64,000 nucleotides of DNA from Elusimicrobiota bacterium. Its GTDB lineage: Bacteria; Elusimicrobiota; Endomicrobiia; CG1-02-37-114; XYA2-FULL-39-19. The notes beneath the pieces are model-generated. The model worked only from the letters and a program-made list of their open reading frames with translations, made no database searches and had not been told where the DNA came from. This document shows, piece by piece, positions 19,164 through 28,381 of the stretch (positions within the stretch are counted from its first letter, which is position 1; each line of letters begins with the position of its first letter). Location: assembly GCA_018816525.1 (NCBI GenBank), contig JAHIVV010000012.1, forward strand, positions 2,253-66,252. Reading direction: 5' to 3'. A program made the translations under genes and the position numbers.

Positions 19164-20543
19164 TTACTTGCAAACATATTCGGGAAAATATTTTTTTGAA
19201 ATTTCTGCCATTTCCGTATCGGAAATAGAAGTAACCCTGCCTTTAAGGTACTGATCGTCAATCCACTTTTTGATTTCTAAAAGCACAGGGCTATCTTTTT
19301 CTATTTTTTTATTTTTGGGCAGTTTTAAATGGTGGTTCAGCCAATAAGATATGCCGGAAACTCCTGATTTATCCGTAATGCCGACCTCAATCGGCCTTTT
19401 AAGAATCTTTTCGGTGTCAAATATAGTATAAATTTCCTTATTTTTCAATAAACCATCAGCATGTATTCCAGCAAAGGTTTTATTAAAATTTTCACCGACT
19501 AAAGGCTGATTGTGCGGGATTTTGTAACCGATTTCTTTTTCAAAATATTCTGCAATTTCCGTAATTACAGTTGTATCTATTCCATTTCTAGCGCCTCTTA
19601 AACCAATATACTCCATAATCAAGCCTTCGATAGGTGTATTGCCGGTTCTTTCTCCGATGCCTAACATTGAACCATTTGCTGAAGAGCAGCCATAAAGCCA
19701 GGCTGCAGTTGCATTGCTTACAGCCCGGTAAAAATCATTGTGGCCGTGCCATTCAAGCCATTCAGAGGGAACTTCCGCCAGGTGGGATAAACCATGGACG
19801 ATTCCGTGAACGCTTCTCGGCAGGGAAGCACCGGCGTGGATGACACCCAGGCCCAGCGTATCGCAAAGACGGATTTTAATTTTCATTTTTGCCTGTTTTG
19901 AAAGTTTCATAAGTTCTTCCGCGAAGGGGATAACGAAACCGTAAAAATCCGCCCGGGTAATATCTTCAAAGTGGCATCTGGGTATAATTCCCATTTCCAG
20001 CGCGGAACTGACGATTTTTAAATAGTCTGCCAGCGCCTGTTTTCTTGTTTTCTTGAGTTTTAAAAATATATGGTAGTCAGAGCACGATGTGAGAATTCCG
20101 GTTTCTTTTAAACCCAATTGTTTTATAAGCTTAAAATCATTTTCAGTAGCGCGGATCCAGCCGGTGATTTCCGGGTATTTGTAGCCTTTTGCAAGGCATT
20201 TTTCTATTGCTTCCCGGTCTCTCGGTGTATAGGGAAAAAATTCTGACTGTCTTATTATGCCTTTTTTGCCTCCCAGGCGGTGGAGCATGTCGTAGAGAGC
20301 TACAATCTGTTCAACTTTAAACGGAGCCATGCTTTGCTGGCCGTCACGGAAAGTTGTATCCGTAATCCAGATATTTTCAGGGGGATCCATCGGAACCAGC
20401 CGGTAATTGAATGTAATTTTCGGAACTTCGCCATAGGTAAAAACATCATGATAAAGTTTTGGTTCTTCAACATCCTGAAGCTGATAGTAAAACTCTGTCT
20501 GTTCCAGCGTGTTTTTGCGTTTATTAAATTTTATCATTTTCAT
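19164..20543 (-). CDS. DRE-TIM metallolyase of the isopropylmalate/homocitrate/Re-citrate synthase family
   Basis: ITDTTFRDGQQ substrate motif and HGHND metal-binding motif. About 70 aa N-terminal extension. Confidence 0.6.
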   Translation of the reverse strand: MKMIKFNKRKNTLEQTEFYYQLQDVEEPKLYHDVFTYGEVPKITFNYRLVPMDPPENIWITDTTFRDGQQSMAPFKVEQIVALYDMLHRLGGKKGIIRQSEFFPYTPRDREAIEKCLAKGYKYPEITGWIRATENDFKLIKQLGLKETGILTSCSDYHIFLKLKKTRKQALADYLKIVSSALEMGIIPRCHFEDITRADFYGFVIPFAEELMKLSKQAKMKIKIRLCDTLGLGVIHAGASLPRSVHGIVHGLSHLAEVPSEWLEWHGHNDFYRAVSNATAAWLYGCSSANGSMLGIGERTGNTPIEGLIMEYIGLRGARNGIDTTVITEIAEYFEKEIGYKIPHNQPLVGENFNKTFAGIHADGLLKNKEIYTIFDTEKILKRPIEVGITDKSGVSGISYWLNHHLKLPKNKKIEKDSPVLLEIKKWIDDQYLKGRVTSISDTEMAEISKKYFPEYVCK

Positions 20544-20590
20544 CCCCTTAACTGCTTAACAAAATATCATATTTTTAGAGCAAATTCAAA

Positions 20591-21784
20591 TTAGCGAACC
20601 GCGTTCGCGAACTTTTTGATTCTATCCAAGCCTTCAGAGATATTTTTGTCTGAAACAGCATAGGATAACCTTATCGCGTTGTCTTCGCCGAAAACACTTC
20701 CAGGGATCACTGCGACTTTTGCATTTTCCAGCAATAACTCTGTCAAAGCAAGCGAATTTCCTATGGTTTTACCGTTATAATTTTTTTTAAGCAGTTCTGA
20801 AATGTCAGGGAAAACATAAAAAGCGCCCTGCGGCTTCAGGCATTTTATTCCTTTTATTGAATTCAGGCCAGTAACCATTATATTTCTTCTTTTCACAAAT
20901 GCATCAAACATGATTTTGAAACTGTCCGCAGGCCCAGTTAATGCTTCTACTGCCGCCGCCTGGGAAATTGAAGCCGGGTTTGAAGTTGAGTGGTCCTGTA
21001 AGTTTGACATGGCCTGGATGATTTCTTTAGGGCCGGCACAGTAGCCGATTCTCCAGCCGGTCATAGAATGGGATTTTGAAACACCGTTAACAACCAGGGT
21101 AAGCCTTCGGATATTTTCATCAAAAGCCGCTATGCTTATATGTTTTTGATTGTCATAAACCAATTTTTCATAAATTTCATCGGAAATGCAGTAAATGTTT
21201 TTAGAGACAATAACTTTTGCCAAAGCTTTGAGTTCGGGTTCAGAATAAATCATTCCTGTAGGGTTTGAAGGTGAGTTTAAAATAAGGATTTTTGTTTTTG
21301 ATGTTATTGCTTTTTCAAGTTGTTCCGGAGTTATTTTAAAATTATTGTTTTGGGTTGTTTTTATAAATACAGGCCTGCCTCCGGCAGCGCGCACCATTTC
21401 AGGATAGCTGACCCAGTAGGGCGAGGGGATGATTGCTTCATCGCCGTCGTCGCACAAAGCGAAGATGATATTAAAAATGGAATGTTTTGCTCCGCAGGAT
21501 ACAAGTATTTGTTCAGGTGTATAATCCAGGTTGTTGTCATTTTTGAATTTTTTACAGACAGCTTCTTTTAGTTCTTTTGTTCCGGAAGTAGGCGTGTATT
21601 TTGTAAATCCCGAATCAATGGCTTTTTTTGCGGCTTCCTTTATGTTCGCCGGTGTATCAAAATCAGGCTCGCCTGCGCCAAAACCGATGACATTGATTCC
21701 TTCTGCTTTCATTTTGTTGGCTTTTGCCGTAATTGCAAGCGTAGGTGAAGGGCTGATTAAATTCATTCTTTTTGCTAAAACCAT
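20591..21784 (-). CDS. aspC: aspartate/aromatic aminotransferase (class I PLP)
   Basis: SKSHSMTGWRIGY PLP-lysine motif, 397 aa. Confidence 0.85.
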   Translation of the reverse strand: MVLAKRMNLISPSPTLAITAKANKMKAEGINVIGFGAGEPDFDTPANIKEAAKKAIDSGFTKYTPTSGTKELKEAVCKKFKNDNNLDYTPEQILVSCGAKHSIFNIIFALCDDGDEAIIPSPYWVSYPEMVRAAGGRPVFIKTTQNNNFKITPEQLEKAITSKTKILILNSPSNPTGMIYSEPELKALAKVIVSKNIYCISDEIYEKLVYDNQKHISIAAFDENIRRLTLVVNGVSKSHSMTGWRIGYCAGPKEIIQAMSNLQDHSTSNPASISQAAAVEALTGPADSFKIMFDAFVKRRNIMVTGLNSIKGIKCLKPQGAFYVFPDISELLKKNYNGKTIGNSLALTELLLENAKVAVIPGSVFGEDNAIRLSYAVSDKNISEGLDRIKKFANAVR

Positions 21785-21879
21785 AAATCCTCCTTGAATT
21801 GTAAATAAATAATTACTAATTAAAATTGGAAACTAATTTTATCAAAAGAAACAAAACAAAGCAACAAAAATACTCTCAA

Positions 21880-22425
21880 TTACTTATTTTTTTCGGATTT
21901 TTTGTAACCTTTTAATAAGCTTTTGTTGGTTTTAAGTACAGTTGTTACAAATCGTTCGGTTTTACCTGATGATGGTTTTAATGCGCTTAGATTTGTGGAT
22001 GAATCAATTTTGTTTCTGTTGTCAACAGTACATTTTGATGGAATATGCGCGTTTTCAACTACTACAAGATGTTTTAAAACAGCCTTATCTTCAATAACAG
22101 CATCAAACACTACAGAACCAAAACCGATGAAGCACATTTTTCCTATTTTGCACGGGCCGTGGACAATACAGCCGTGAGCCAGTGATGTATTTTTGCCTAT
22201 TTGAACTTTGCATCCGCTTAATGAATGTATAATAACGTTATCCTGAACATTGCAATTAGCTTCGATAAATATTGAGCTTTTTGATTCGTCTGCCCTGATT
22301 ACAGCTCCGGGGCCGACAAACACGTGCTTGCCGATTTTTACATTACCAATAATTACAGCTGTGGGGTGTATATAGCTTGAATTATGTATCAGGGGATGTT
22401 TCCCGTCAGGGCTGCGGTTAATCAT
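21880..22425 (-). CDS. hexapeptide-repeat (LbH) protein, gamma-carbonic-anhydrase/PaaY-like
   Basis: Left-handed beta-helix hexapeptide repeats (IGNVKIGKHVFVGPGAVIRADE...). Confidence 0.6.
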   Translation of the reverse strand: MINRSPDGKHPLIHNSSYIHPTAVIIGNVKIGKHVFVGPGAVIRADESKSSIFIEANCNVQDNVIIHSLSGCKVQIGKNTSLAHGCIVHGPCKIGKMCFIGFGSVVFDAVIEDKAVLKHLVVVENAHIPSKCTVDNRNKIDSSTNLSALKPSSGKTERFVTTVLKTNKSLLKGYKKSEKNK

Positions 22426-23459
22426 TATATCAGGTCTTTGCGGTGAATTAAGATCATGAAGGTGGCTTTTATAATGCAGACAATAGGCACGGAAAGGAAC
22501 ATTCCGATGACTCCTGCAACCTGCGCACCTGCCATTATGGCAAATATTACAGTAACCGGATGCAGGTTTACGCCTTTGCTCAATATTATCGGCTGAATTA
22601 AATTATTATCAATGAATTGAACTATTGAGAACATGGCTACAACTTTTATTAGTATGGATATATTCTGAAATTTAATGAAGCCAATAATCAGCGCGGGTAT
22701 CGCCCCTGCAAAAGGGCCCAGGTAGGGGATCATATTTGCCATGCCCGCTACTATTCCGATCAGCACGGCATAATCAACGCCAAGGATAAGCAATCCTATT
22801 ATTGAAAGAACGCCTACGCAGGACGATTCTATAAACTGGCCGCGGAAAAAATTACCCAGCACTTCGTCTATTTCGCAGATTAAACTTAAAATAGTTTCAG
22901 TGTACCTTGGGGGTATTTTTTGAAACACAAAGTCTATGCCGGCTTTGCCTTCCAGCAGAAAAAAGAAAGTGATAAACGGTATAAGTACAAAAATTGAAAG
23001 CATTGAAAACACAGCAGCAAGATATTCGGGAATTCTTGAGGTTTCAGTGTTTAAAAATTGTTCCGTGTTTTTTATTGTTGAATCGAATATTCCTTTTTGT
23101 TTTATTATCGGGTATTTTGCTTCCAGGGTTTGCTGCATGGAGTAGATGGAACCTTTAATACTGCTGGTATATTCCGGCAGGTTGTTGCTTAAAATGGAAA
23201 CTTCTTTAAAAATCTGAGGAATCAAAATTATGCAGCTGCCAATAAATACGATAAGAAATATCGAATACAAAATAAGGGCCGATACTATTCTTTTCAGGCC
23301 TTTTGTTTCAAAAAAGTTTACTAGAGGCGAAAGCAGGTAAGCTAAAACAGCAGACAAAACAAAAGGCATCAAAATGCTGTTGATTGCGTAAACAAACCAG
23401 ACAATTATGCCGATTACCAGCAGAAGCCCTATTGTTTTATAGATTTTTATGTTGGTCAC
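22425..23459 (-). CDS. AI-2E family transporter (PerM-like permease)
   Basis: 344 aa, about 8 TM segments, characteristic GxxxG-rich C-terminal half. Confidence 0.75.
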   Translation of the reverse strand: MTNIKIYKTIGLLLVIGIIVWFVYAINSILMPFVLSAVLAYLLSPLVNFFETKGLKRIVSALILYSIFLIVFIGSCIILIPQIFKEVSILSNNLPEYTSSIKGSIYSMQQTLEAKYPIIKQKGIFDSTIKNTEQFLNTETSRIPEYLAAVFSMLSIFVLIPFITFFFLLEGKAGIDFVFQKIPPRYTETILSLICEIDEVLGNFFRGQFIESSCVGVLSIIGLLILGVDYAVLIGIVAGMANMIPYLGPFAGAIPALIIGFIKFQNISILIKVVAMFSIVQFIDNNLIQPIILSKGVNLHPVTVIFAIMAGAQVAGVIGMFLSVPIVCIIKATFMILIHRKDLI

Positions 23460-23950
23460 AATGTTTTCGAAAAAAAGTTGCTGGTTTCACGAAGGCGGGC
23501 GCTGAGAACTTTTGCAATGTTGTGTATTATTTTTAACCCGACCCGCGGGTCTTTTTCTATAAACCAGTCAAACTTTACTTTATATATAAGGAAGAGTGTT
23601 GTTTCTTTTGTAGTTTTTGTTGTGGCTGAGCGGGGAAGTTCTTCCAGAAGCGCCATCTCACCGAAAAATGCGCCTTTTTGATGTGTTGCGATCACTTTTG
23701 CTTCAGCGCCATTGGATGCTTTGGTTATGGCCACTTCACCGTCATAAATAATAAACAGGGCTTTCCCAACCTTTCCTTCTTCAAAAATCAGCTCGTCAGC
23801 GGGATATTTTTTTGAATATATAATCCCGGTAATTTTTCCCAGGGCTGAATTGCTTAAGCCTTCAAAAATAGGAATATTTTTCAGGAAATTTACTTTTTCT
23901 GTAAATTCCTTGTCCATAAAAAGATTCCTAAGCGTAGGTTTTAGTGCCAT
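23456..23950 (-). CDS. cyclic-nucleotide-binding domain protein
   Basis: cNMP-binding signature FGEMALL...RSATTKT. Confidence 0.75.
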   Translation of the reverse strand: MALKPTLRNLFMDKEFTEKVNFLKNIPIFEGLSNSALGKITGIIYSKKYPADELIFEEGKVGKALFIIYDGEVAITKASNGAEAKVIATHQKGAFFGEMALLEELPRSATTKTTKETTLFLIYKVKFDWFIEKDPRVGLKIIHNIAKVLSARLRETSNFFSKTL

Positions 23951-23988
23951 AACATCCCGATTATAGAAATTAATAATCTATAAATCAA

Positions 23989-25248
23989 CTATTCTTTTGA
24001 GGATATAGCGTAAGTTTTTTCAACTTTTGTCATCTCGTAAAGCGCTGAGTAAAGTTTCTTTTCTTCCGGGGTAATTTTTACTTTTCTTCTGCCCATAACT
24101 TTTTCTGCAACTTCAATGGCTTTATCAGCTTTGTATTCTACCATTCCCTTGGCTCCGCCCCACGAAAATGAGGGGATGAACTTCGGCGGCAGGCCTTCGC
24201 CGTAAATGTTGCACATAATGCCGACTACCGTGCCGGTGTTAAATGTAGTGCCGATACCGGATTTGGAATGGTCTCCCATGGTAAGGCCTACGAACATGGA
24301 TCCGCTGTCCATTAATTTTCCTTCCACATATACTTTTACGTTTCCGTAATTATTTTTAAGGTCGCTGTTATTCGTGCAGGCGCCCAGGTTGCACCAGCTT
24401 CCCAAATAGCCGTGTCCCAGGAAACCATCATGTTGTTTATTTGAATAGCTTTGGATAATTGAGTCTTCAACTTCTCCGCCGACTCTGCAAACCTCGCCTA
24501 TAGTGGAACCTGTGCGGATTTTTGCTCCTATGCGGATAATGGATTTTCTGCCGGTGAAATGAGGGCCTTCAATTACTGCCCCGGGCTGAAGGACTGCATC
24601 TTCGTCGATGTAGATTGGGCCGTCTTCTGCGTTAAGCACACAGCCGGGATAAACGCTGGCGCCTTTTGCAATAAAAATCTGCGAAGGATTAAGCAGATAA
24701 GAGCCTTCATAAACCTTTCCTTCTATTTTGCCTTTGCCGCCGGTATAACTATTATAATCGATTTTAAGTTGTCCCGGATTATACTGGAAAACTTCCCAAG
24801 TGTAATTAATCATCGGGATATCTGTTACTTCAACTTTTTTTATGTCTGCAAGTTTTGCCAGCGGGTCGCTGCCAAGCAAAATCTCCGGATTAATTTTTTC
24901 GCAGTTGAATTTGTTTAAACGAATATAAACAATAGAACCATCCTTTGTTACTCCCGCTTCTTCCGGGCCCTTTAAAGGAATCTGTGAATTCAAAAGCGCT
25001 CTTCCGTTAATAAAAAGGCTGCCATCTCCCGAACATTCGCATTTATTTACGGAATGTGAATATTTTGTTTCAAGAACGTCCGCAAGGTACTCCCTGCAAA
25101 AAAGATTAATTGTGGTGCCTTTGTACTGTCTTTCAATTTTGTTGATTAAAAGATCAATACCGCAGCGCAGTTCAAATGTGGCTCTTGTGTAAACAATCGG
25201 CAATAACTTGCTAAAACCTTTATCTTCAAATACATTTACGCAGCTCAT
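23989..25248 (-). CDS. GlmU-like sugar nucleotidyltransferase / LbH acetyltransferase family protein
   Basis: N-terminal nucleotidyltransferase-like region plus C-terminal hexapeptide repeats. Adjacent to nagB. Confidence 0.5.
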   Translation of the reverse strand: MSCVNVFEDKGFSKLLPIVYTRATFELRCGIDLLINKIERQYKGTTINLFCREYLADVLETKYSHSVNKCECSGDGSLFINGRALLNSQIPLKGPEEAGVTKDGSIVYIRLNKFNCEKINPEILLGSDPLAKLADIKKVEVTDIPMINYTWEVFQYNPGQLKIDYNSYTGGKGKIEGKVYEGSYLLNPSQIFIAKGASVYPGCVLNAEDGPIYIDEDAVLQPGAVIEGPHFTGRKSIIRIGAKIRTGSTIGEVCRVGGEVEDSIIQSYSNKQHDGFLGHGYLGSWCNLGACTNNSDLKNNYGNVKVYVEGKLMDSGSMFVGLTMGDHSKSGIGTTFNTGTVVGIMCNIYGEGLPPKFIPSFSWGGAKGMVEYKADKAIEVAEKVMGRRKVKITPEEKKLYSALYEMTKVEKTYAISSKE

Positions 25249-25272
25249 CTCTATCCTCCTAAATTTTCCTTT

Positions 25273-26049
25273 TTAGTTTGTTTTTGTTGTTTTGAGAACT
25301 CTTGGTTCTGCAATATATTCTCTTGTCAGTTTGCTGGCCGCCGGTTTATCAACAATAATTGTTGTCCTGGGGTGCATCTGGACAACCGTAGCTGGTACCA
25401 TTGCAGTAATCGGTCCCTCAATTGCTTTTGAAATGGCGTCTGCTTTTGTTTCCTTATTCGCAAGCAGAATTAGTTCCCTTGCTTCAATGATTGTGCCGAT
25501 CCCCATTGTAATTGCATATTTAGGGACTTCATCCGAAGTTTTAAAGAATCTTGCATTGTCTTTGATTGTTTCTTTGGCGAGTGTTTTTATCCTGGTCCGT
25601 GACCCTAGCGATGAGCCCGGCTCATTAAATGCAATATGCCCGTTTCCGCCGATGCCTAAAAGTTGTACATCAATTCCGCCGGTTTTTATTATTTCATCCT
25701 CGTACCATTTGCAAAATGCAACGATATCCTTTGCAACGCCGTTGGGAGCGTGAATGGATTCTTTTCTTATGTTAATGTGTTTGAAAAGGTTTTCCCACAT
25801 GAAATAGTAACAACTCTGGTCGTGTTTAGGTTCCAGTCCTACGTATTCGTCAAGGTTGAAAGTTGAAACTTTCGACCAGTCAAGCCCTTCTTCTTTATGA
25901 AGCCTGATAAGTTCTTTGTAGGTCCCGATAGGAGTGCTGCCTGTGGGGAAACCAAGGACTGGTTTAGTTTTTGATTTAATGACATCTGCAATCATTTTTG
26001 CAGCCAGCTTGCTTATCTCATCGTAATCTTTTTTTACCACGACTTCCAT
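25273..26049 (-). CDS. nagB: glucosamine-6-phosphate deaminase
   Basis: GIGGNGHIAFNEPGSS active-site motif. Confidence 0.9.
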   Translation of the reverse strand: MEVVVKKDYDEISKLAAKMIADVIKSKTKPVLGFPTGSTPIGTYKELIRLHKEEGLDWSKVSTFNLDEYVGLEPKHDQSCYYFMWENLFKHINIRKESIHAPNGVAKDIVAFCKWYEDEIIKTGGIDVQLLGIGGNGHIAFNEPGSSLGSRTRIKTLAKETIKDNARFFKTSDEVPKYAITMGIGTIIEARELILLANKETKADAISKAIEGPITAMVPATVVQMHPRTTIIVDKPAASKLTREYIAEPRVLKTTKTN

Positions 26050-26061
26050 ATATTACCTCCT

Positions 26062-26100
26062 CAATACTCCGTGTTACTCGCTTGAAAGAGTACGGAGTAT
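26062..26100 (-). promoter_or_regulatory. conserved SD-adjacent hairpin element, copy A (nagB leader)
   Basis: mRNA sense ATACTCCGT-ACTCTTTCAAGCGAGT-AAC-ACGGAGTAT immediately 5' of GAGGAGGTAATATATG. Flanked by a 12-bp direct repeat ATATTACCTCCT (26050-26061 and 26099-26110). Confidence 0.5.
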
Positions 26101-26132
26101 ATTACCTCCTGGATACCCTAGTTTCGACCAAT

Positions 26133-26161
26133 ATATTATACTTAAAATCGACAAATGTCAA
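26133..26161 (-). promoter_or_regulatory. sigma70-type promoter for nagB
   Basis: Minus strand TTGACA (26156-26161), 17-nt spacer, TAATAT (26133-26138). Confidence 0.5.
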
Positions 26162-26214
26162 CCCTCCGTATTAAGTTGCCGTTTTTACTGTTTTTTAAGT
26201 TAAATTGATTATTT

Positions 26215-26520
26215 TTACTTAACAATAAATCCAATAATTACACTTCCGACTACCCCAATTCCGATTATCGGCGCATAAGCTCTGGTAATAATAGCTGAAG
26301 GTATGCTCAAACCAACTCCTAACAACAGGCCTGCCAAAGCCGGATGAATCCCCATGTCTACATTTGGAATCAAAAAACCAATCATAAATCGCTCAACAAA
26401 AGCAGCGGCCATTGCCTCGTTTCTCTTGCGATTATTCTCGTATTTAAGCGGAATCATTATCAAAACATCAATTATCCCGAAAACTAACCCGCAAATTACT
26501 CCTAAAAGTATTTTACTCAT
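26215..26520 (-). CDS. small integral membrane protein
   Basis: 101 aa with three hydrophobic segments. AGAGGAG SD upstream. Confidence 0.4.
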   Translation of the reverse strand: MSKILLGVICGLVFGIIDVLIMIPLKYENNRKRNEAMAAAFVERFMIGFLIPNVDMGIHPALAGLLLGVGLSIPSAIITRAYAPIIGIGVVGSVIIGFIVK

Positions 26521-26832
26521 AGCTATTTTCTCCTCTCTAAAACTTTTAATTGTAGTATTTCTTCAATTTTACCCATATTATTTTTTCCACCGCTTAAGCC
26601 TTAAAAATAAAAAAATTCGTTCGAGGTCCTGCTTCTGCGCATAATTATACCTCGTTTTTAACCGTTTGTCGATTGAAACTGCCTTCTTAATTTATGTCAG
26701 AAGCGATTAAACAGTATCTCGGCTTCATCAGAGCAAGTTTGCTGTCTGAGCCGAATAAGTTTAATCCGACTATTTTATGGTTAACAATAAATTAGTCTTG
26801 ACTTTTTTAATATAGTTGTATAAAATAGACAC

Positions 26833-28056
26833 ATGATAAAAAGAACCTTATATTTAGATTTATGGCAGGAACTAGCATCAGGAAAGCAAATGATATTTTT
26901 GTCAGGGCCAAGACAGGTAGGTAAAACCACATTTACTAAAGAAATAGCAAAGGAATTTAAAAATAATGTATATTTTAACTGGGACATTATTGAAAATAAA
27001 AAGAAATTACTACAGAATCCTGCTTTTTTTGAAACCATAAACAGGGTAGATGAGTCGGCTCCGCTAATAATTCTTGATGAAATACATAAATATAAAAACT
27101 GGAAAAATTATTTAAAGGGTATTTATGACCAGTTTTCAACAGATTATAGATTCATTATCTCAGGCAGTGGCCGGTTGGATTTGTTTCAAAAAGGCGGTGA
27201 TTCTTTAGCAGGCAGGTATTTTCAGTTACATTTGCTGCCACTGACACTGGCTGAATTGAGTAAAAAGAGGCGGAATATTGAAAGCTTTATCAAAAATCCA
27301 ATTAACGAATTTGATATTAATGAGATTAATCCCAGCCAGGATAAGTGGGATATGCTTTGTAATTTTGGCGGATTTCCTGAACCATTCATAAAAAGCAGCA
27401 AAACGTTTCTTAATAGATGGTCTAGAACCTATTTAGCGCAGTTATTAAGGGAAGATATAAGGAGTTTAACAGAAGTAAAGAAAGTCGACGATATTGAAAT
27501 ATTATTTTCGTTGTTACCTTCACGAATAGGCAGCCCGCTTTCAGTGAATAATCTGGTTAGCGACACGCAGGTTAGTTATGTCAGCATAAAAGATTGGTTA
27601 AATTTATTTGAAAAGTTTTATCTTACATTCAGGATAAGTCCCTGGACAAAAAGAATAGCCCGGGCAATTCTTAAAGAGAAAAAGTTATACTTATATAATT
27701 ATACCGAAATAAAGATTGAAGGCTATAAGTTTGAAAATATGATTGCGCTGGAACTGTTAAGGTGCATGTATTCCTGGAATGAGCACGGTTACGGGAAATT
27801 TAACCTTCACTATATCCGTAATAAGGACAAAGAAGAAGTGGATTTCCTAATTACTGAAAATAATAATCCAATGTTATTGGTTGAAACAAAATATTCGGAT
27901 GAAAGCGTGTCAAAAAATCTGATCAAGTTCCAGAACGAATTAAAAATTCCCGCAGTTCAGTTAGTAAATACAAAAAATGTGTTCAAATACATCAAAAACA
28001 ATGATAACAAAATTCTGATTGTAACTGCTCCGCGCTGGTTAGCGTCATTGCCCTAA
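26833..28056 (+). CDS. AAA-family ATPase with DUF4143-like C-terminal domain
   Basis: Walker A FLSGPRQVGKTTF, Walker B LIILDEIH. Common ATPase architecture. Confidence 0.75.
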   Translation: MIKRTLYLDLWQELASGKQMIFLSGPRQVGKTTFTKEIAKEFKNNVYFNWDIIENKKKLLQNPAFFETINRVDESAPLIILDEIHKYKNWKNYLKGIYDQFSTDYRFIISGSGRLDLFQKGGDSLAGRYFQLHLLPLTLAELSKKRRNIESFIKNPINEFDINEINPSQDKWDMLCNFGGFPEPFIKSSKTFLNRWSRTYLAQLLREDIRSLTEVKKVDDIEILFSLLPSRIGSPLSVNNLVSDTQVSYVSIKDWLNLFEKFYLTFRISPWTKRIARAILKEKKLYLYNYTEIKIEGYKFENMIALELLRCMYSWNEHGYGKFNLHYIRNKDKEEVDFLITENNNPMLLVETKYSDESVSKNLIKFQNELKIPAVQLVNTKNVFKYIKNNDNKILIVTAPRWLASLP

Positions 28057-28381
28057 GTTGAATCATTACAATTAATTAATAATGAAACAAAAGCAAAGAA
28101 ACTAAAAAAAATGGATAAACCCATTGAGATAGACGGCTTTATTAACAGTATGCTATTAGAAAACTTCAGGGTAGCGATAGACTTTAGAAAGATGCAACTA
28201 AGATTATCGCCCGCTAATTTTGAAAAATAAGAAAATGGTGTCAGACTACACTAACACCAATTCCACCAGTCCACACCATATGATACAATACGTTTTGATG
28301 TATTTTTTTGACAATTCTTAAAAAACTTGCTATTTTGTCATTCTGGATTTAATATGGCCAATAACAAATTAAAGGATTATT

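Noticed and set aside
20594-20612. Perfect GCGAAC-CGC-GTTCGC palindrome
   Set aside because: Lies within the last codons of aspC (encodes ...FANAVR) and the next gene is co-directional, so it is not a terminator. Treated as a coding coincidence.
28111-28230. 39-aa ORF (MDKPIEIDGFINSMLLENFRVAIDFRKMQLRLSPANFEK) upstream of dedA
   Set aside because: No SD and no recognisable similarity. Cannot be supported from sequence alone.
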